64,000 nt of DNA. Source: an uncultured delta proteobacterium. Its GTDB lineage: Bacteria > Desulfobacterota > Syntrophobacteria > Syntrophobacterales > Syntrophobacteraceae. The translations under genes and the position numbers were made by a program. A model generated the notes under the pieces. That model was not told the origin of the DNA, ran no database searches, and saw only the letters and a list, made by a program, of their open reading frames with translations. Shown here piece by piece: positions 1 through 10,909 of this stretch (position 1 is its first letter; each line of letters begins with the position of its first letter). The stretch lies in NCBI GenBank assembly GCA_963808625.1, contig CAWEHK010000043.1, forward strand, positions 64,001 to 128,000. The letters are read 5' to 3'.

Positions 1-1498
1 ACCTCGGGTGCGCGAAAATCGGGTTCCCGCAGTCTCTTCACCAGCCTTTCGGCCTTTTCCCGGGCAATGACCTCCGCCTGTTCAAGATCTTTGGCCAGCC
101 CTTTTTCGACGATGCGATACCAGTTGTGGACGAAACGTTCCACCTGGCTCGGCATCCAGCGGCCGAATGTGCATCTCGAGGAAGTCCTCGCTCAACCGCA
201 CACTGGGGCTGTAGCCGGCAAAGCGGCTGGTCACGACGAACCGGCAGGAAGGGTGGGACTTGCACGGCATCGCCGATCCACGCCGCGACCGCCTCCCGCT
301 GCGAGAGATCGGCCACTTCGTCCAGGCCGTCGAGCAGGAACAGCAGGTTCCCGCGGTCCAGGAGGCGTTCACCAAACCCTTTCGCCATGTTGAGATGGGG
401 GCTGTGCAACTGATCGTGGATGAACGCCTCCAGCCCATGGTCAAGGTCGCGCAATTCCCGCAGAGGCAGGAATATCGGCAGCATGTTCGCGGGCAGACCG
501 ATGGTCTCGGGTCCCTTGCGCAGACACCAGAGGAGCAGGCGTTTGAGGTGAGTGGTCTTGCCCGAGCCGGGGTCCCCGAGGATGACGACCCCTTTTCTAT
601 CCCGCGCTTCCGATTCGCGAAAGGCTTCGGGCAGAGAAATCTCGAGCGAGCGCCCGCTGCAATCCCGCAGGACTTTTTCAGCGTGGGCCGCATCAGCGAA
701 GCAGTCCTCGCCCACGCCCCGCAGATCCACCATGGCGCGCAGAGGGAATGTAGATGTCTGCGATGTCGATGGGGACCTTGAGCTGCGTGACAAATCCGGC
801 CACCGGGAGATTGGCGTGGAAGGCATCCGCCTTCTCGCGATATTTGCGGATTTCTTCCGCAAGATCCTGACCGGCCATGAGGATACGTTCATCCACCGGA
901 GGTTCAGACAAAACCGCTTTCGAGGTCCCTCCCGGCGTTCTCGCCAGTCGAGCAAAGCGTGAAGGACCTTCATGCCCAGCGTCTTCTCATCGAATGGAAC
1001 ACACGTCTGATCTTGGGAAATCCTTTTCAGAAAGGCTTTTAGCTTGTTTTGCTTATCAGACCTCTCAGGTTCAGGATCAAACTCCCTTTCCACAATGACC
1101 GGCAGGTCGCGATCCAGGACAAACATGAGCCTTTCGGTGGCGGCGTCATACTCCATCTCGGTGATGGACTTCTCGCTGTTCTCCGGTATCCAGCCATAGC
1201 GCCAGGCGATGATCCCCACCAGGACATCGGCCTCTCGGGCATAGCGTAGACATTCCTCAACCGTGGGGTGGGTACTGGCCGTAAAGATTTCCATTCCGTG
1301 CCAGACCATCCCGGCGGTCGTGATGGCATCCTGGACAATTTTGCGCCTATCCATGTTGTCCCGGTAGGTGCTCGAAACGAAGACCTTGTATGCGCGGGTA
1401 GCTTTCCCAGCGGCTTTCTCAGCAGGTCCTTTGACAGTCGGCATGACGGCATCCCCTAAAGCGATCCACGAAGTCACACGAAGCTTTATTTCATCCAC
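1..1498 (-). CDS. DUF4062-domain NACHT/STAND NTPase (frameshifted; 3' end beyond left edge of window)
   Basis: N-terminus KVFVSSTYRD...GMEIF...ADVLVGIIAWRYG is DUF4062-like. Walker A VILGDPGSGKTT, Walker B LFLLDGLDEV. The protein continues in other frames (CRFVVTSRFAGY). Start codon uncertain (1498 or about 1445). Confidence 0.8.
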
Positions 1499-1585
1499 AA
1501 ATGAACACGAATCAAGCGGGCATGATTGCGAACCTCCCGTTTGGGATCAACGGAACGTCAGAGGCTGGTGTTCTCTCGCAGCTTA

Positions 1586-1749
1586 GAGCGTGTCAAAAAA
1601 GTCCCTGGAAGCGTCACCCCGGCATGCTTTCAGCCGGGGTCCAGGGTGTCAAAGAGCTGGATTCCGGCCAGGAGCGCGCCGGAATGACGAGCCTCGGTAC
1701 CTGCGCAAATCTTTGCAGGCAGCCTCAACCGAGGTTTTTTGACACGCTC
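1586..1749. mobile_element. MITE-like element with 15-bp TIR, TTA target duplication and internal REP hairpin
   Basis: GAGCGTGTCAAAAAA...TTTTTTGACACGCTC flanked by TTA at 1583-1585 and 1750-1752. Internal CGTCACCCCGGC...GCCGGAATGACG palindrome. Confidence 0.75.
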
Positions 1750-1945
1750 TTAGAAATAAATTGCACATACCCTAACACACCTCGCCGCATTTTTTTATCT
1801 TGAAGATTGTCCAAGAAGCCAGTCTCCGTGTTTACGATCTCGTAATTTGTGCTTCCGTTGCTTGTTTTTGTCTCAGACTAACACTAAGATCCGTTTGCCT
1901 GAGCCGGCTTCCCCTCTTGTTGACCCTCCAAATGCGAGGAATGCC

Positions 1946-2175
1946 ATGACGACACTTACTGCAAATACACCATGGTCGTACCCGAGGATGCGCGTAAAGA
2001 ATTGGACCTTCGTCCCGGGATGATCGTCGATCTGAAGAAGAATGAGCGCGGGGAATGGGTCCTGGTGGCGCCTGCCGGCAAGGCGAAACGGTGGGTGGGG
2101 AAGTATCCTTCGAACCGGCATGTGGCCGAGGAAATGGCCGAGCTCCGCGGACGGGACGCCGGTGATTTCGATTGA
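1946..2175 (+). CDS. AbrB/MazE-family antitoxin-like DNA-binding protein
   Basis: MVVPEDARKELDLRPG motif. Restoring one A in GCAAATAC joins the upstream ATG at 1946 (MTTLTAKYTMVVPEDAR), which follows GAGG. Confidence 0.65.
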
Positions 2176-2233
2176 TCCCGGTATCCTCCTGGCGATCCTG
2201 CGGGGAGAAGCAAAACACCGTCAGGACGATTAG
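2162..2233 (+). pseudogene. Truncated PIN/VapC toxin remnant
   Basis: Overlaps the antitoxin end. VISIDPGILLAILRGE resembles a PIN N-terminus but stops after about 23 codons, just before a REP palindrome. Confidence 0.4.
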
Positions 2234-2262
2234 CTGGTGTCCATCCGGAAACCCCATAATTC

Positions 2263-2340
2263 GTAGGGGCGGGATTTATTCCCGCCCACAAGTTGGCGAG
2301 AAGCAGGGGATTTTCGGGAGGGGATAAACCCCTCCCCTAC
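2263..2340. repeat. REP-type palindrome (GTAG class)
   Basis: GTAGGGGCGGGATTTATTCCCGCCC...GGGAGGGATAAACCCCTCCCCTAC inverted arms. Confidence 0.7.
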
Positions 2341-2730
2341 AGTCACACGCGTTTCCGGATGGAAACTGGCTGACGAGGAAAGGGCTTGAGCCGCCGTGTC
2401 AATGTTGCAGAGCGGAGGCAGCATAATTAATATTGTTGCGTAGAGCAAAGACGGCATTGGCAATGAAGGGTGTATGCTTGGCCGGGAGGGTTTCTCGGCC
2501 ATTGTTGTTTTGGTACGGAAGACGAGTCGCATCAGTTTGAGCGTGTGTTGATGGTAGGGTGGGTGGTAGGGTCGAGCGCAACATTTTGTTGTGCGAGCAA
2601 GAATATGATGTAAGATAAATTTTTTGAACGTGCTTTGCTGAGACCGCCCAGTTTCTCTGAAAGGGAACGAAGCGCTCCGGTAACGATATGGCTTGAACGA
2701 TCTGAACAACTTAGGTCAGGAGTACAGACG

Positions 2731-3561
2731 ATGTGGGAATATACGGATAAGGTTAAAGAACACTTTTTGAACCCGCGCAATGTCGGGGAGGTGGAAAATC
2801 CCGATGGGATCGCCGAGGTGGGTTCCATCGCCTGCGGGGATGCCCTCAAATTTACCTTCAAACTGGATGAGAACAAGCGGATCAAGGAGGCGAAATTCAA
2901 GACCTTCGGCTGCGCCAGCGCCATCGCTTCAGCCTCCGCCCTGACCGAGATGGTCAAGGGGATGACCGTCGATGAGGCCGAAAAGATCACCAACCAGGAT
3001 ATTGCCAAGTTTCTCGGCGGGCTTCCCGAGGAAAAGATGCACTGCTCGGTGATGGGACGTGAGGCCCTGGAAGCGGCCATCGCCCATTACAAGGGCATCC
3101 CCGAGCAGGCCGTCGAGGGGCAGATCGTCTGTGAGTGCTTCGGGGTGACGGATCGGGAAATCGAGCGGGCGATTCTCGAAAACCACCTGAAGACGATCGA
3201 AGAGGTCACCAATTACACCAAGGCGGGAGGCGGGTGCGGCAATTGCCACGGGGCCATCCAGGAAATCCTGGACCGGGTCCGCCTCGAGATGGAAACCAGG
3301 CCATCCCCCAAGCCCAGGTTGTCGAACATCCAGAAGATCAGGATGATCGAGGAGACCATCGAGCGGGAAATCCGGCCATCCCTGAAACACGACGGCGGCG
3401 ACATCGAGCTCCTCGATGTGGTCGGCAACCGCGTGATCGTCGCCACCAGGGGCGCCTGTGCCTCCTGCCAGGCTTCCAACATGACCCTCAAAAACTTCGT
3501 CGAGATCAAGCTCCGTGAACTGGTGTGGCCGGACCTGGTGGTCGAGGAGGAATCCCAATGA
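2731..3561 (+). CDS. nifU: Fe-S cluster assembly scaffold NifU
   Basis: MWEYTDKVKEHFLNPRN, CGD, FGCASA, HCSVMG, CECFG...CGNC (BFD-like) and C-terminal GACASC NifU domain. Confidence 0.95.
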   Translation: MWEYTDKVKEHFLNPRNVGEVENPDGIAEVGSIACGDALKFTFKLDENKRIKEAKFKTFGCASAIASASALTEMVKGMTVDEAEKITNQDIAKFLGGLPEEKMHCSVMGREALEAAIAHYKGIPEQAVEGQIVCECFGVTDREIERAILENHLKTIEEVTNYTKAGGGCGNCHGAIQEILDRVRLEMETRPSPKPRLSNIQKIRMIEETIEREIRPSLKHDGGDIELLDVVGNRVIVATRGACASCQASNMTLKNFVEIKLRELVWPDLVVEEESQ

Positions 3562-4737
3562 AAACCATCTATCTTGACAACAACGCCACGACCCAGGTTG
3601 CACCGGAAGTCCTGGAAGCGATGCTGCCCTACTTTCATGAGCTCTACGGCAACCCGTCGAGCATGCACCGCTTCGGCGGTCAGGTGGGACGGCAAGTGCG
3701 TGAAGCCCGTGAGCAAGTGGCGGCGCTGCTGGGCGCTTCCACGGATGAGATCATTTTCACCAGTTGCGGCTCGGAAAGCGACAACGCCGCCATCCGCTCG
3801 GCGCTGGCTTCCCAGCCCGGCAAACGGCATATTGTTACCAGCCGTGTTGAGCACCCCGCCGTAAAGGTGCTGTGTGCGCAACTGGTAAATGAGGGCTATC
3901 GCGTCACGGAACTGCCGGTTGACGGAGACGGCCGTCTCGACATGGAGCAATACCGGAGGAGCCTCACCCCGGATACGGCCATCGTCAGCCTGATGTGGGC
4001 CAACAACGAAACCGGGGTGATCTTTCCCGTTGAAAAGGCGGCCGAGATCGCCCGCGCCCGCAACATTCTGTTTCACACCGACGCCGTGCAGGCGGTCGGG
4101 AAGATCCCCATCAATCTGCGCACAACCGCCATCGACATGCTTTCCATCTCGGGTCACAAGCTCCATGCCCCGAAGGGCATCGGCGTGCTCTACGTGCGCA
4201 AGGGCACCAGGTTTTCCCCCTTTCTCATCGGCGGCCACCAGGAAAAGGGACGCCGCGGCGGGACGGAGAATACGCCGAGCATCATCGGTCTGGGCAAGGC
4301 ATGTGAGCTGGCCGCTCAGAACATGGACGCAGAAAACACCCGCGTCAAGCAGTTGCGGGACAAGCTCGAGAATGAGCTGCTGCACCGCGTGCCCAACAGC
4401 CGGGTGAACGGCGACCGCGTCAACCGCCTTCCCAACACGAGCAATATCAGCTTCGAATTTATCGAAGGGGAGGCGATCCTGCTCATGATGGACGAGTTCG
4501 GGATCTGTGCTTCGTCGGGTTCCGCCTGCACTTCCGGATCGCTGCAGCCGTCGCACGTGCTGCGCGCCATGGGCGTCCCCTTCACCATGGCCCACGGCTC
4601 GATACGGTTCAGCCTGAGCGTCTACAATACCGATGAGGAGATCGAATTCGTCATCGAAAAGCTGCCGCCGATCATCGAGACCCTGCGGGGGCATGTCCCC
4701 GTATTGGAGCTCAGTGCAGCAGTGCAGCCAGGCGTAG
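3558..4737 (+). CDS. nifS: Cysteine desulfurase NifS
   Basis: YLDNNATT, HTDAVQ, SGHKLH and SSGSACTS motifs. An extra G in a G-run near 4690 shifts the C-terminus (restored LRGMSPYW...TAG at 4737). Confidence 0.95.
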
Positions 4738-4772
4738 GACTGCAACGAGGCTTCCGCAGGAAGCCTTCACTT

Positions 4773-4839
4773 GTGGGGCAGGCTTTCCAGCCTGATTTTT
4801 GGCCGGTTGGGCATGACAGGCTGGAAAGCCTGCCCCACA
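4773..4839. repeat. REP palindrome; further copies at about 10814-10871 and 31066-31133
   Basis: GTGGGGCAGGCTTTCCAGCCTG...CAGGCTGGAAAGCCTGCCCCAC. Confidence 0.75.
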
Positions 4840-5054
4840 CGGCTTGGACCTTTATCAAAATACCGTTGTAGTGCTGAGTGCAGCACAGCAGAATAGAGTG
4901 ACCATTGCCCAAAGGCGTCATTCCGGCAGGTTATAGGCCGGAATCCACAAAAGCTTGCTGGATACCGGCTTAAGGCATGCCGGTAGGACGAAGGGAAATT
5001 CGGACACTTATTTTTGCGACGCTGTACTAAGCAATTGTCGAAAATGAAAGTGGT

Positions 5055-5177
5055 TAAGGTTAAGAACCTGCTTTCTGCAGGAGCGGCGCTTTGCGGCGAC
5101 CTTGATAAAGTCGCGCCGAAGAGGCGCTCCTACCGAAAGGTGACGGCCCTGGCAAGGTGAAAGCTCTCTACCTTAAT
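5055..5177. repeat. Dispersed REP-containing repeat; second copy at about 38792-38913
   Basis: CTGCTTTCTGYAGGAGCGGC...GAGGCGCTCCTAC-GAAAGGTG shared by both loci. Confidence 0.7.
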
Positions 5178-5185
5178 CGTTATGA

Positions 5186-5310
5186 TAACTGACCACTGAT
5201 CCCTGGCCACTGACCACTAACCACTAACCACTGACAACTGATAACTGATCACTGGCCACTAACCACTAACCACTGACAACTGACCACTGATCACTGACCA
5301 CTGACCACTT
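5186..5310. repeat. Heptamer tandem repeat array (CACTGAC/CACTAAC variants)
   Basis: Visible 7-nt periodicity. Confidence 0.85.
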
Positions 5311-5347
5311 CTTACAACCTGGATTGACCATGCATGAAATATCGATA

Positions 5348-6295
5348 ATGGACCAGTGCAAGATCGAAGTTGAAACGAGCAAGCATCACCGTGAAGCGAT
5401 TCCTGCAATCGTGGATGAGCTCGTCCTTTCCTGCAACCGGGAAAATTGTTTCGATCACGTGGGCCCCGAGCCGATCCCTTCGCGGGATGCGGTGATCGAC
5501 ATCGTCCAGAGGATCTGCCGCATTCTTTACCCGGGATATTTTGTCCGCACCCGCATCGATGAATTCAACTTGAGCTACTATTTTGGCCAGGAGGCCACGG
5601 CCCTCTTCGAGGTCCTGGCCGAGCAGGTGTCGGTGGCGTTGCGCCATGACTGCATCCGGCACAATCTGCCCTGCGTCAAGTGTGAGGAGCGCGGGCAGCA
5701 GATCGCCGTGGAGTTCATGAGCAAACTGTCCCGGCTGAGAGCAATCCTGGCGACCGATGTGCACGCGGCGTACGAGGGAGATCCGGCAGCGAAAAGCTAT
5801 GACGAGGTGATCTTCAGCTATCCGGGGCTCTTTGCCGTCAGCGTCTACCGGGTGGCTCATGAGCTCTGGGAACAGGGGGTGCCGTTCATCCCCCGCATCA
5901 TGAGCGAATACGCCCACAGTCTGACCGGCATCGACATCCATCCGGGCGCTCATATCGGGGAAAGCTTTTTCATCGACCATGGGACGGGAGTGGTGGTGGG
6001 CGAGACCACGGAGATCGGCAGGCATGTGCGGCTCTACCAGGGCGTGACCCTTGGCGCCCTTTCCCTGCCGCGCGATGCCGGTGAGCTCTACCGGAATAAG
6101 AAACGCCATCCCACCATCGAAGAGGATGTCATCATTTATGCGGGGGCCACGATCCTCGGCGGGGAAACCGTGATCGGGGCCCGTTCGGTCATCGGCGGAA
6201 ATGTGTGGCTCACCGATTCCGTGCCTCCCGACACCAAGGTGTTTCTGAAGAAACCCGAGCTCATCTTCAAGATGGGCGGGGGCGAGAGCTCATAA
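5348..6295 (+). CDS. cysE: Serine O-acetyltransferase (CysE/EpsC type)
   Basis: GDPAAKS, SYPG, TGIDIHPGAHIG, FIDHGTGVVVGET and KRHPTIE motifs. Confidence 0.92.
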   Translation: MDQCKIEVETSKHHREAIPAIVDELVLSCNRENCFDHVGPEPIPSRDAVIDIVQRICRILYPGYFVRTRIDEFNLSYYFGQEATALFEVLAEQVSVALRHDCIRHNLPCVKCEERGQQIAVEFMSKLSRLRAILATDVHAAYEGDPAAKSYDEVIFSYPGLFAVSVYRVAHELWEQGVPFIPRIMSEYAHSLTGIDIHPGAHIGESFFIDHGTGVVVGETTEIGRHVRLYQGVTLGALSLPRDAGELYRNKKRHPTIEEDVIIYAGATILGGETVIGARSVIGGNVWLTDSVPPDTKVFLKKPELIFKMGGGESS

Positions 6296-6744
6296 GGGCC
6301 CGGCACCGGCGCAGTTTGCCATCATATAATCATTCCGGATGAGGTCCTTTGGCGGGCGTCCAAAAATAAAGGGTCTTCTTTTACCACGAAGAGCACCAAG
6401 GACACGAAGGGTTTTCTTCGTGTTCTTCGTGTCCTTCGTGGTTTGAAAAGGGGCTGAATTGAGTGCAAATTTTTTTTGGACAGTTTCTTAGCTTCGTCAA
6501 ATCCGACAACCAACTGCAGAGTCCGCTGCGATCGCAGAGAAAGCCAATGATTCTCTCTGCGGACTCTGCGCTCTCTGCGGTGGAAAAGTAAACATTACGG
6601 GAGCTGCATGCGGAGCGCGGTGATCGCTATTTTTCCGGCAGGGCCCATTCCCGAAGATCGAAGATCTTGGAATTGGATGTTTTTTGTGCCATAAAGCATA
6701 ATCTTTTTGAGGATGGCGATTCCAAATAGAATGAGGGACATTTC

Positions 6745-8062
6745 ATGGTGAAGAAACACAAGAAAACCATTTTCGTGCTCGCGGCGTTGGTGATCCTGCT
6801 GACGGGATGGTCGAGCCTCAAGGCCAAGACCGCCGAGGAGCATCCCGACGTTTACCAGTATTTGAGGCTGTTCAGTGACGTCTTGAACATCGTTCAGGAC
6901 AACTATGTCGAGAAAGTGGACCTGAAGAAGCTCATGTACGGCGCCGTCAGCGGCATGCTTCGGGAACTGGACCCACATTCCTCCTTTCTCAAACCGGAGG
7001 AATACAAAGAGCTGCAGGTTGAAACCAAGGGCAAATTCGGCGGGTTGGGCATCGAAATCACCATGAAGGACAATATCCTGACGGTGGTTTCCCCGCTCGA
7101 GGGGACCCCGGCCGACAAGGCAGGGATGCAGGCCGGCGACCAGATCATCAGGATCGACGAACAGCCGACGCAGGATATGTCGCTGACCGAGGCCGTGCAG
7201 AAGATGCGCGGCCCCAAAGGCACCAAAGTGAAGCTTACCGTGATCAGGAAGGGCGAACGCAAGCCGTTGGAGTTCGAGTTAACCAGGGACATGATCTCGA
7301 TCCAGAGCGTCAAGTGGCGCATGCTTGAACCAGGGTACGGATATGTTCGGGTCTCCAGTTTCCAAAGCGGCACCGCTGCTGACCTTCGCAAGGCCCTCGA
7401 CCAACTCGAGAGCGGTAGTCCTCCCCTGAAGGGTTTGGTTCTGGACCTTCGGAACGATCCCGGGGGACTGCTGGACCAGGCGGTCGAGGTCGCTGATGAA
7501 TTCATCAACGAGGGCTTGATTGTCTACACGGGCGGGCGTCTGGACAACCAGAAGATGCGTTTCGAAGCCCACAAGAACAGCAAACCGCACAACTTCCCCA
7601 TCGTGGCGCTGGTCAATTCGGGCAGTGCGAGCGCCTCGGAAATCGTGGCGGGGGCCCTCCAGGACCATAAGCGCGCAATCATCATGGGCGAGCCCACCTT
7701 CGGCAAGGGGTCCGTGCAAACCGTCATTCCCTTGAGTGACGGTGCGGCCCTGCGGCTCACCACCTCGCTCTACTACACCCCGTCGGGACGCTCCATCCAG
7801 GCCAAAGGGATCGAACCCGACATCCTGGTCAAGCGAGAGGCGCCTCCGAAGACCGAAGACGAGGGAGCAGAAGAGCTCAGGCGCATTCGCGAGAAGGACC
7901 TCCCGCGGCACATGGAAACGGTGAAGCCGGAGCCGGGAGACACCAAGCCGGCGAGCGACCCAACTTGAGACGCAGAAGATGCTGGAACAGGACAACCAGC
8001 TGCGGCGTGCCCTGGACCTGTTGAAGGGATACCAGATCCTGGGACAGATGAACGCCAGCTGA
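6745..8062 (+). CDS. ctpA: C-terminal processing peptidase, S41 family with PDZ domain
   Basis: LDPHS, FGGLGI, DLRNDPGG, SASASE and TFGKGSVQ motifs. Frameshift near 7965; tail DNQLRRALDLLKG ends at 8062. Confidence 0.92.
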
Positions 8063-8076
8063 AATCCTGAATAACC

Positions 8077-9312
8077 ATGGCTCAGATGGCTTCCCGGACG
8101 ACCCCCGGGAAAGGCAAAAACTCCGGGAGAAAAGCCCCGGGCAATCAAGGCAGCGGCCGGCAGCGGAGAAGAAGTCCCGGGAAAGCCGGAGGTCGAGGCT
8201 TTGGCCCCTCCTTTCTGAAATTTGCGAAGTCTCCGCGCATGGCCGTTCTGCTGGTCTGGCTGGTGGCCGCCACGGCCCTGGCGGGGCTGATTTACTGGGG
8301 GAAGAGTTCCAAGCCGGCCCATCAGCCCCGACCTGAAGCGGCGGCAAAGAGCCAGGGAACTTCCCGGGAAAAGGCCTTTGATCATCGCGGCCCGCCCAAA
8401 ACCGGCGAAGCGGCACGGCAGCGGACAGCGGCCCGCGATGACAAGCATGAGAACACGGCGGCAGCTGACAAACACCTCTCCGCCGTCCAGGGACCCGCAA
8501 AACCACGAGACCCCCCCGCATCCGACGCGCATGAAACCCGCGCTCACAACCATTATGCGTCACGGGCCCCGGTACCCAATACCGATGAGCTGCCGACTCC
8601 CCCGCCCTCGGTACAGCCCCCTCCTCCCGCCCCGATACCGCCTCTGGCCAGGGTGGCGATTGTGATCGATGATTTTGGGCCGAACCTGGAAATTGCCGGG
8701 AAATTTGTGGAACTTCCCCTTCCCCTTACCTTTTCCGTCCTCCCCCACCAGCAGTACAGCCAGGAGATTGCGGAACTGGCCCACGCGCACCACCGGCAGG
8801 TCATTCTCCATCTGCCCATGGAACCGCAGGGCTATCCCAGGGTAAAGCCGGGCAAAGGGGCCTTGCTGCTCTCCATGTCCGGCGATGCAATTCAGGAATC
8901 GCTGGGCAGGGCTCTGGACACCAGCCCCTATTTCGCAGGGATAAATAACCACATGGGGTCGCGCTTCACCGAGAATGCCGCAGTCATGAAAACGGTCCTC
9001 GAAGAGGCGAAAAAGCGAAATCTGTATTTCGTTGACAGCTACACAAGCCCGCGCAGCGTGGCGGCCTCGGTGGCGCAAAAGGTCCATATTCCATTCCGAC
9101 GCCGCGATGTCTTCCTTGATAACAATCCGGCGGAAGATGCCATTCGGGCGCAGATCAGGCAGGTCATACGCCGGGCAAAAATCCAGGGTCTCGCCCTGGC
9201 TATCGGCCACTGCCATGAATCGACCCTGCGAGCACTCGGCCGGGAGGTGGAAACATTCGATCGGGAGAAGGTTGCCGTGGTGTCTGCGGGGGAGCTGATG
9301 CCGGAGCTGTGA
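8077..9312 (+). CDS. Divergent polysaccharide deacetylase family protein (YibQ-like)
   Basis: AIVIDDFG, LHLPMEP, GINNHMGS, FVDS, RRDVFLDN and AIGH motifs; N-terminal membrane anchor; follows ctpA. Confidence 0.9.
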   Translation: MAQMASRTTPGKGKNSGRKAPGNQGSGRQRRRSPGKAGGRGFGPSFLKFAKSPRMAVLLVWLVAATALAGLIYWGKSSKPAHQPRPEAAAKSQGTSREKAFDHRGPPKTGEAARQRTAARDDKHENTAAADKHLSAVQGPAKPRDPPASDAHETRAHNHYASRAPVPNTDELPTPPPSVQPPPPAPIPPLARVAIVIDDFGPNLEIAGKFVELPLPLTFSVLPHQQYSQEIAELAHAHHRQVILHLPMEPQGYPRVKPGKGALLLSMSGDAIQESLGRALDTSPYFAGINNHMGSRFTENAAVMKTVLEEAKKRNLYFVDSYTSPRSVAASVAQKVHIPFRRRDVFLDNNPAEDAIRAQIRQVIRRAKIQGLALAIGHCHESTLRALGREVETFDREKVAVVSAGELMPEL

Positions 9313-9582
9313 GCCGCCTTTTTTGATCTTGACCTTTCGGGTCGGAGAAGCTATCCAGAGCGAGCGCAAACTTGGGGAAATCGGAGACGATGTCAAAACC
9401 GGCTCACCCAGTCACCCCGGTGGAAACCGGGGTCCAGAATCCCTGGGAAAACCTGGGGTCAGGGCTTTAGCCGGAATGACGATTTACGGCGATTTAGCCG
9501 TTTTGAGTCAGTTCCTGAGGTTTCGACATTTTGAATTTCTTGAAGGACGACCTGGCCTGTTGGCAAAGGAGGAAAAAGAATT

Positions 9583-10710
9583 ATGAATCGTGTCTTCAAA
9601 TCATGCCTGTTGATTCTGGCTTGGAGTTTATGCCTGAGTTGGGCCCATGCTGCCGGTCCGGCAGCCAACCCTGCGCAGCCCAAGCCGGCAGCCCCGGCAG
9701 CTTCTCCGGACGCACCGGCCATCCAGGTGCCCGAAGCGACCTATGATTTTGGAGAAGCCCTCGAAGGGGTTGAAGTTACTCATGACTATAAGATCAAGAA
9801 CACCGGCAAAGGAGAGCTGCAGATCACTCAGGTGCGCCCTGGTTGAGGCTGCGCAGTAGCCCAGTTTGATCGGGCGATCCCTCCCGGAGGCGAGGGAAAA
9901 GTGACACTGAAGGTCAATCTCAAAGGCTATCAGGGAAACGTCAAAAAAACCGCTACCGTGTTTAGCAACGACCCTCAGAATGAACGAACCATGCTGGTTC
10001 TACAGGGAAACGTCAAAGCCCTGATCGACGTTCAGCCCAACAATGTTGCGTTCCGAGGGTTGGCGGACCAGATGGAGGAGAAAACCGTCGAGCTCGTCAG
10101 CACTTCGCAACGATTCACGATTCAGAACGTCGAGAGCAACCTCGGAGAGAAGGTCCGCTATAAGCTGGAGACGGTGGAGGCGGGAAAGCATTATCGTTTG
10201 AAAGTCGCCAATCTCTTGAAACAAGGGAACTACAGCGGGTACATAAAATGCTTTACGGACGTCCCGGAAAAAGCGGAGATTATGATTCGCATAAACGGGT
10301 TCATCGAAGGGGACGTGGCGGTCAAACCGTTGATGGTGTTGGTTGGGAAAATGGCCACTCAACAACCGGTGCGCACCGGAAAGGTGCTCGTTGTCAGCAA
10401 CCGCAACAAACCCTTTCAAATCAAGAAGCTCACCTACGATGAAAAACTGATCGATGTCAAACAGGAACCTCTTCCCAAGGAACCGGGCTTCAGTCTCGAA
10501 ATTTCCCCCAAGATGGAAAATGTTCCGCCCGAGACAGGGGGCAGACAACAGACAACGTTGACGATTCAAACCGACGTCCCGACTGATGAACCACAGGTGG
10601 TCCAGGTCCATATCGTCAACAGTGCGGATGCGACCCCTTCTCCTCCCGCCGGCCAGAAAGTGCCTTCGGCCGCGCCACCGGGTGAAGCTCCGGATAAGAC
10701 CCCGCAATAA
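9583..10710 (+). CDS. Exported DUF1573/Ig-like domain protein, probable selenoprotein (in-frame UGA at 9844-9846)
   Basis: ORFs 9583-9846 and 9901-10710 share a frame and are separated only by TGA. Read-through gives YDFG...IKNTG..L.I..VRPG-U-GCAVA...IPPGGEG, matching the CGC motif. Signal-peptide-like N-terminus. Confidence 0.8.
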
Positions 10711-10909
10711 TGCTGCCCCTCTTATCCTCCCCCGCCTGGAAGGCCGGGGAGGATAAGAGGAGAGCGGTTCCCGCGATAGATTTTCAGCTAATGCATTTCA
10801 CCGAACTGCTCATGCAGGGCGGGCTTTCCAGCCTGCCTGGCCGTTCTGGCAGGCTGGAAAGCCTGCCCTACAGATTTTGCAACTATTATCCCGAAAGTCT
10901 AAATGGAAT

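Noticed and set aside
2731..4737. Nitrogen fixation cluster
   Set aside because: No nifHDK in the window; nifU/nifS with cysE fits general Fe-S cluster assembly.
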